A stretch of 63,536 nt of DNA, filler included, from Licmophora abbreviata (Eukaryota), in the NCBI GenBank assembly GCA_900291995.1. It is 15 parts of 15 records of this genome, joined end to end, with 100 filler letters (N's around TTAATTAATTAA, not from the genome) between each part and the next. Parts side by side here need not be neighbours in the genome. Positions count along the whole stretch, not along the records: positions 57,233 to 63,536 come from OLMU01000040.1; 14 more parts are not named here. One strand, written 5' to 3'. The position numbers were made by a program, and so were the translations under genes. Below are positions 59,362-63,536 of this stretch, one piece after another; the stretch's first letter is position 1, and each line of letters begins with the position of its first letter. A model generated the notes under the pieces. The model did no database searches and was not told where the DNA came from. It saw only the letters and a list, made by a program, of their open reading frames with translations.

Positions 59362-60300
59362 ATGGCGTTGACCATCGCTCCGTCAACGAGGTCAATCGCA
59401 ATGGTATCAGAGTTTGAGGAAGTCGGCGATACAGTTAAGGCGATGAGAAAGCAGGAGCAGTCGACATACAAGCGCATCGACTTTCTTGCTGGTTCGCGGA
59501 CGAGTAGTGTGGTGGATGCCAATTGGAGGTTTCTCATGTGCAAATGGATGCACGATATGACAGATGTCTGGCGCATTAGTCGGGACATGGCAGGCTTCGG
59601 TGCCTACTATTTGGACATGCTGCTTGCCAGCAACAACGTTGTCCACACTCTCCAAGAGCTCCAGCTTGCTACCATGACGTGCCTTCATCTTGCAATAAAA
59701 CTGCACAGCTTCACTTTAGTGAGCCATAAGTCCGTTATCAAGTACGGGCGAGGTCAGTTCACCGTCGATGACATGGCACACATGGAGCAGCTCATCCTCA
59801 AGGAGCTCAAGTGGAATCTTCACCCCCCTACATCAAGATGCTTTCAACGGCAGTTCATGCGTTTATTTCCACGAGGAGATGTAAATGAGTCTACAGTGGT
59901 ACTAGTTTCGGAAGTCTCCAGGTTCTTTATTGAGCTTGCTTCCAACAACTACGCGTTCTGTAAGTACTCTGGCGCATCAACCGCATACTCCGCCCTTATC
60001 ATCGCAATTGAAGGCACCAGTCGCAAAGATCTCCCTATGGGTCAGCGTGCGCAGTTTTACTGTCGAATGCGGACGATCACAGGTATCAGCCATACATCGA
60101 AAGAGCTGTTTGAAGTCTATACCCTTATGAAATATACATTCAAAGAGGCTGAAGACATCCAAAGTCTCATCAAGGGGGATGCGCTCTGGAAGAGCAGCTC
60201 AGAGTGGCTTGGAATCAAGCTGGATTGCCGCAACAACGAGGGTTCCCCACGAGGCGTCGACTCGCTCAAGCAACATTCGTCTCACAACCCTGCTGCATGA
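59362..60300 (+). CDS. Diatom-specific-type cyclin (dsCYC-like)
   Basis: WRFLMCKWMHDMTD, YYLD, LQLATMTCLHLAIKL, GRGQFTVDDMAHMEQLILKELKWNLHPPT, C-terminal SPRGV. Confidence 0.9.
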   Translation: MALTIAPSTRSIAMVSEFEEVGDTVKAMRKQEQSTYKRIDFLAGSRTSSVVDANWRFLMCKWMHDMTDVWRISRDMAGFGAYYLDMLLASNNVVHTLQELQLATMTCLHLAIKLHSFTLVSHKSVIKYGRGQFTVDDMAHMEQLILKELKWNLHPPTSRCFQRQFMRLFPRGDVNESTVVLVSEVSRFFIELASNNYAFCKYSGASTAYSALIIAIEGTSRKDLPMGQRAQFYCRMRTITGISHTSKELFEVYTLMKYTFKEAEDIQSLIKGDALWKSSSEWLGIKLDCRNNEGSPRGVDSLKQHSSHNPAA

Positions 60301-60510
60301 GGAGCATGGTTTTCCATTGTGGCTATGGACGACGTTTGTGAAACGATAGCGTCGACGTTGGCAATGGCTTCTGAATTGGTACCCAGGCAAGGTCATCGTG
60401 TAGCTAGCAATAGTAGTCAAACAAAAAGTACATTAGCTAGCTTTTGCCGCAAGCTTCTAGTCCTCTCTAAGGTCGACTGGTACAGTCATCTATGAACGTC
60501 CTCTCGTCTT

Positions 60511-62311
60511 TCATATCTCGTCGTAAAAGTATTGGTTGACGATGAAAGCGCGATCCGTGCCGCCTGGAGGTAATTCGATATCAGACTTCCAAACTTCGTT
60601 GTGGTCAGCTGCAGACGAGGAACAAAAAGATCACGAGTTAGTCGTGGCAGCATTACTTCTTTTCGAAGCCACATGCTCAAACAGCGATTGTCGAAACTTA
60701 CTCGATTCGCCAGTATGAATCCAGTCCCATTGAGCATGCGTCTTGTTGATCAATTCAACATTGCCGTAGCCGTAAATCGACGCATCTCTCGAAGCAACCC
60801 ATTCTTCAGGACTTTCACTCAGAAACTTGGACTCTGCCGCGCGACCGCCAGCTCCGACCACAATGTACACGGGGCCAGTCGGCGTCACCGTGCCGTTCGC
60901 CACGGGATGAGTTCGCATGTAAGCATGGACGTGACCGGAGAATACCATGTTGACCTTGTACTTGATAAGGAGAGGTTCGATGTGCTCTCGAGCTGCAAGG
61001 ACTTGGTAGTCCTTTTGGTGATTTCGAAACGTATTGTAAAACGGAGCATGGAACATAACGAATACCCAAGGAGTAAGCTTCCGATCGACTGAGGCCAATG
61101 TTTCCACCAGCCAATCGTACTGTATTGAGCCTTCGTCCATGTCTGAGTATGAGCTGATGACAATGTGGTGCGACGGTCCGTAAATGAAGTCATAGTATGC
61201 GTTGCCGTATTCGTACGTCAGCGGGTATGGGGGCTTATCCATATTCATCCTTCCATCCGGTCCGTCAAACGGCTCTCTAATCGGTGGGGCAATCCGCGGC
61301 ATCCGAAACCGCTTTTCGTACGCTTGAAAGATCTCGCCGTCATGCTCCATCTTTTCAATGTCATGATTCCCTGGAGTAATCATCATCGGTACTTCATCGA
61401 TATATGGAAAGTCATCAATCATATCAAAGAATGTATCCCATCGCTCCGGATTGTACTCTGTGTAGGCAATATCTCCAGCCAGCAGCATGGCCGAAATTCC
61501 ACGACGGTGACGTCGCAAGTGTTTCAATGTGTCCATCGAGTGCTCGAACTGACCAAAGTCTCCCACGACGGCAAATTTTATAGTGTGTCTTTTCTCGAGA
61601 CCTGCTCCAGGCTGTGGGGCCGTGCGGAACGAACGAATAGCACGCGGATTCGGACAACTTCCATTCTGGGAGGGATCGTACGGGAGAGGGCCGAGTCGTC
61701 GTCGATCGCTGTCCTCTTCTGCCTCCATATTCTCCTCTTCATCCAAAAGTGTCGCTACTCCTGACTTGGTTCGCACCTGCTTCGCTTCCTCTCCAAGCTC
61801 TTGAAGCTCCACCACCTCGGACCGATCTTTGCGTTGAATACATTGATAAAAGTACTCCGTGTCCGGCTCCAGTCCATCGATTTCAATGTGATGCTGGTAC
61901 GGAGAGAAGAACGTGCCTCTATTCTTGCGCAGAGTAACGTTGTAGAATAGCGCAGGATCATTCTCAATCACAACCTTATCCAGCTCGTCAGGGCGCCTTC
62001 CAATCAGCACTGCTCCGATGGGCGGCTCCGTTCGAGCAGAATGCTGAACTGTGGAAAACGAAACGGTCATCATAGTGGATGGATCTCGTCCCACTGCTAT
62101 GTGGACATGTCGAATATCGCCCTAAGATCGAGGAAGAAGGAGGAGAACGATAACTTTCAGTGAGATTCGCAAGATTCACGCAGTGAGTCCCGCCTTGACA
62201 ATGGAGCGTTCTGTTCGTCCCTACCTTGCAGTGTCGACCTTTGACTTGTGTTTGCTTCGTCGCCAAAGCAGTCGAGCTCAAAAGCACAAAGATATACAGA
62301 AGATACTTCAT
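60511..62311 (-). CDS. Secreted purple acid phosphatase; introns 62122-62224 and 60609-60701
   Basis: Signal peptide MKYLLYIFVLLSSTALA, FN3-like N-domain (GLEPDTEYFY), and all five metal motifs: GDFG, GDIAY, GNHD, VMFH, GHVH. Confidence 0.93.
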
Positions 62312-62865
62312 GGTTGTTTGTGGTTGTGTTCTCTTGAAGGGAGCGGCAAAAGAAAACCCCATTGTATCCTTGTGCAGCCACGTTTTGTGAACCCAACGCG
62401 TCTCTATCTCCGTTTTGTTTCTCTGTCGCCACACATCGCGCGCGGGCCGGGCCTCCTGTCAGTGTTGCGTTCAATGTGTGTGTTCTCATCACACGCAGAG
62501 AGAGGGGTGATGATTGAGTCGAGCGAGTCGAGTCAAGTTGAAGGTTGATCGACGAATGTCAGTGCAGTCAGGAAGATACTTTTTAATTTTGGCGAGCTGG
62601 GTGACAGGCGATGCGTTCCTGCACAATGTCATACTCAAGTAAAAGAGGAAGTTGTGTAAGCAACGAGGAAACTAAACTTCACAGCTTTCTCGTATTCATG
62701 TTCCAAAAGTTTGCGGCGTTCTACTTCCTAGCAGGTGGAAAGCAGACTGCATCGTATGACATCTTTTCATAGTATCTATTTATAAAACATACATCTGGTT
62801 GGGACTCTGATCACGAATCCAAGCAAAATCTCTGAAATGTAAACATTGATCTCCTCCTCCCTTCT

Positions 62866-63536
62866 TTATCCGCTCAACTCCGTTTGGTAGTACTGATTGA
62901 CAAGGAGCACTGTGTCCTTGCGTTCGGCTGGATACCTTAGTCCTCGCTTTTTCCAGACTTGGTTGTAGTGTTCTTCTAGCTCGGGAAAATTGACGAGGAC
63001 ACTCCTGTTAGTACAGCTGGCGAGCAAACGCATCAACACGACGTATGCTTTTAATCTTACCGCCTTCTCCAACGTTGATACGATCCCAGCGGGCATGCGT
63101 TCGATTCAAGATCTCAATGGACCCGTATCCGTAGACGGTCGCATCTCGACTTGCTATCCACTCTTCGGGATTTTCGTTGTGGAACTTGGCCTTGAGGTTT
63201 CGTCCTCCATGGCCAACCACGACATGCATTGGGCCTGTAGGTGTCGGATCTGTAAATGCGACATTGACAGTTCTACTATAGCCATGAACATGACCGGAGA
63301 ACACCATGTTCGCTTTGTAGTGAACCAGCAGCGGCTCGATATGCTCTAGTGCCACGAGGCGCTGAATGTCTCCTTGATGGTCCCGATAGGTGTTGTAGAT
63401 GGGCACATGAAACGTTACAAAAAGCCATGGAGTAACGGCTCTGTCGACGGCATCCAAAGTCCTTACAAGCCACTTGTACTGAGTTGACTCAGGCTCCATG
63501 GCAGCATAGGAGTTCATGACAATGTGGTGCGAAGGT
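62866..63536 (-). CDS. Second purple acid phosphatase (tandem paralogue), 5' partial; intron 62976-63060
   Basis: QYKWL...VDRAVTPWLFVTFHVPIYN, VFSGHVHGY, YGYGSI. The last intron lies at an equivalent position and phase to that in the neighbouring copy. Confidence 0.9.

Noticed and set aside
38015..60300. Apparent cluster of chromatin and cell-cycle genes (two cyclins, ARP6, CW finger, JmjC, SET)
   Set aside because: These are large eukaryotic families, interspersed with unrelated genes in mixed orientation, and the JmjC protein has a membrane or secretory N-terminus. There is no evidence of a functional cluster.
62976..63060. Apparent frameshift in the second purple acid phosphatase
   Set aside because: Explained by a GT..AG intron at the position equivalent to the paralogue's last intron.

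Overview
Gene-dense eukaryotic nuclear DNA, most likely from a diatom (stramenopile). The evidence is short GT-AG introns of about 75-130 nt, MEP-pathway DXR, a bipartite plastid-targeting presequence, a diatom-type cyclin and a diatom-type glutamate-receptor-like gene. The window is a draft scaffold interrupted by 14 artificial 100-nt spacers (N44-TTAATTAATTAA-N44), several of which fall inside genes. About 27 protein-coding loci can be supported; I saw no rRNA, tRNA or CRISPR array. Six single-base frameshifts can each be repaired within a homopolymer run, so they look like sequencing errors rather than pseudogenes. The most unusual objects are: (i) a CDP-alcohol phosphotransferase fused to a degenerate cytidylyltransferase-like domain, with a ~60-aa insert containing an ATG8/LIR-like motif inside its catalytic signature; (ii) a >6.4-kb apparently intronless multi-glycosyltransferase ORF (DUF1647-like, GT92-like, GT-B-like and methyltransferase-like modules); (iii) a bacterial-type helical module + 2xDEP + DUF924 fusion; (iv) an FtsH-like AAA protein with an in-frame TGA and apparently no protease domain; (v) a recurring GAGTGAGTCGA-type word upstream of many genes. 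All domain calls come from recognising motifs by eye, not from database searches.
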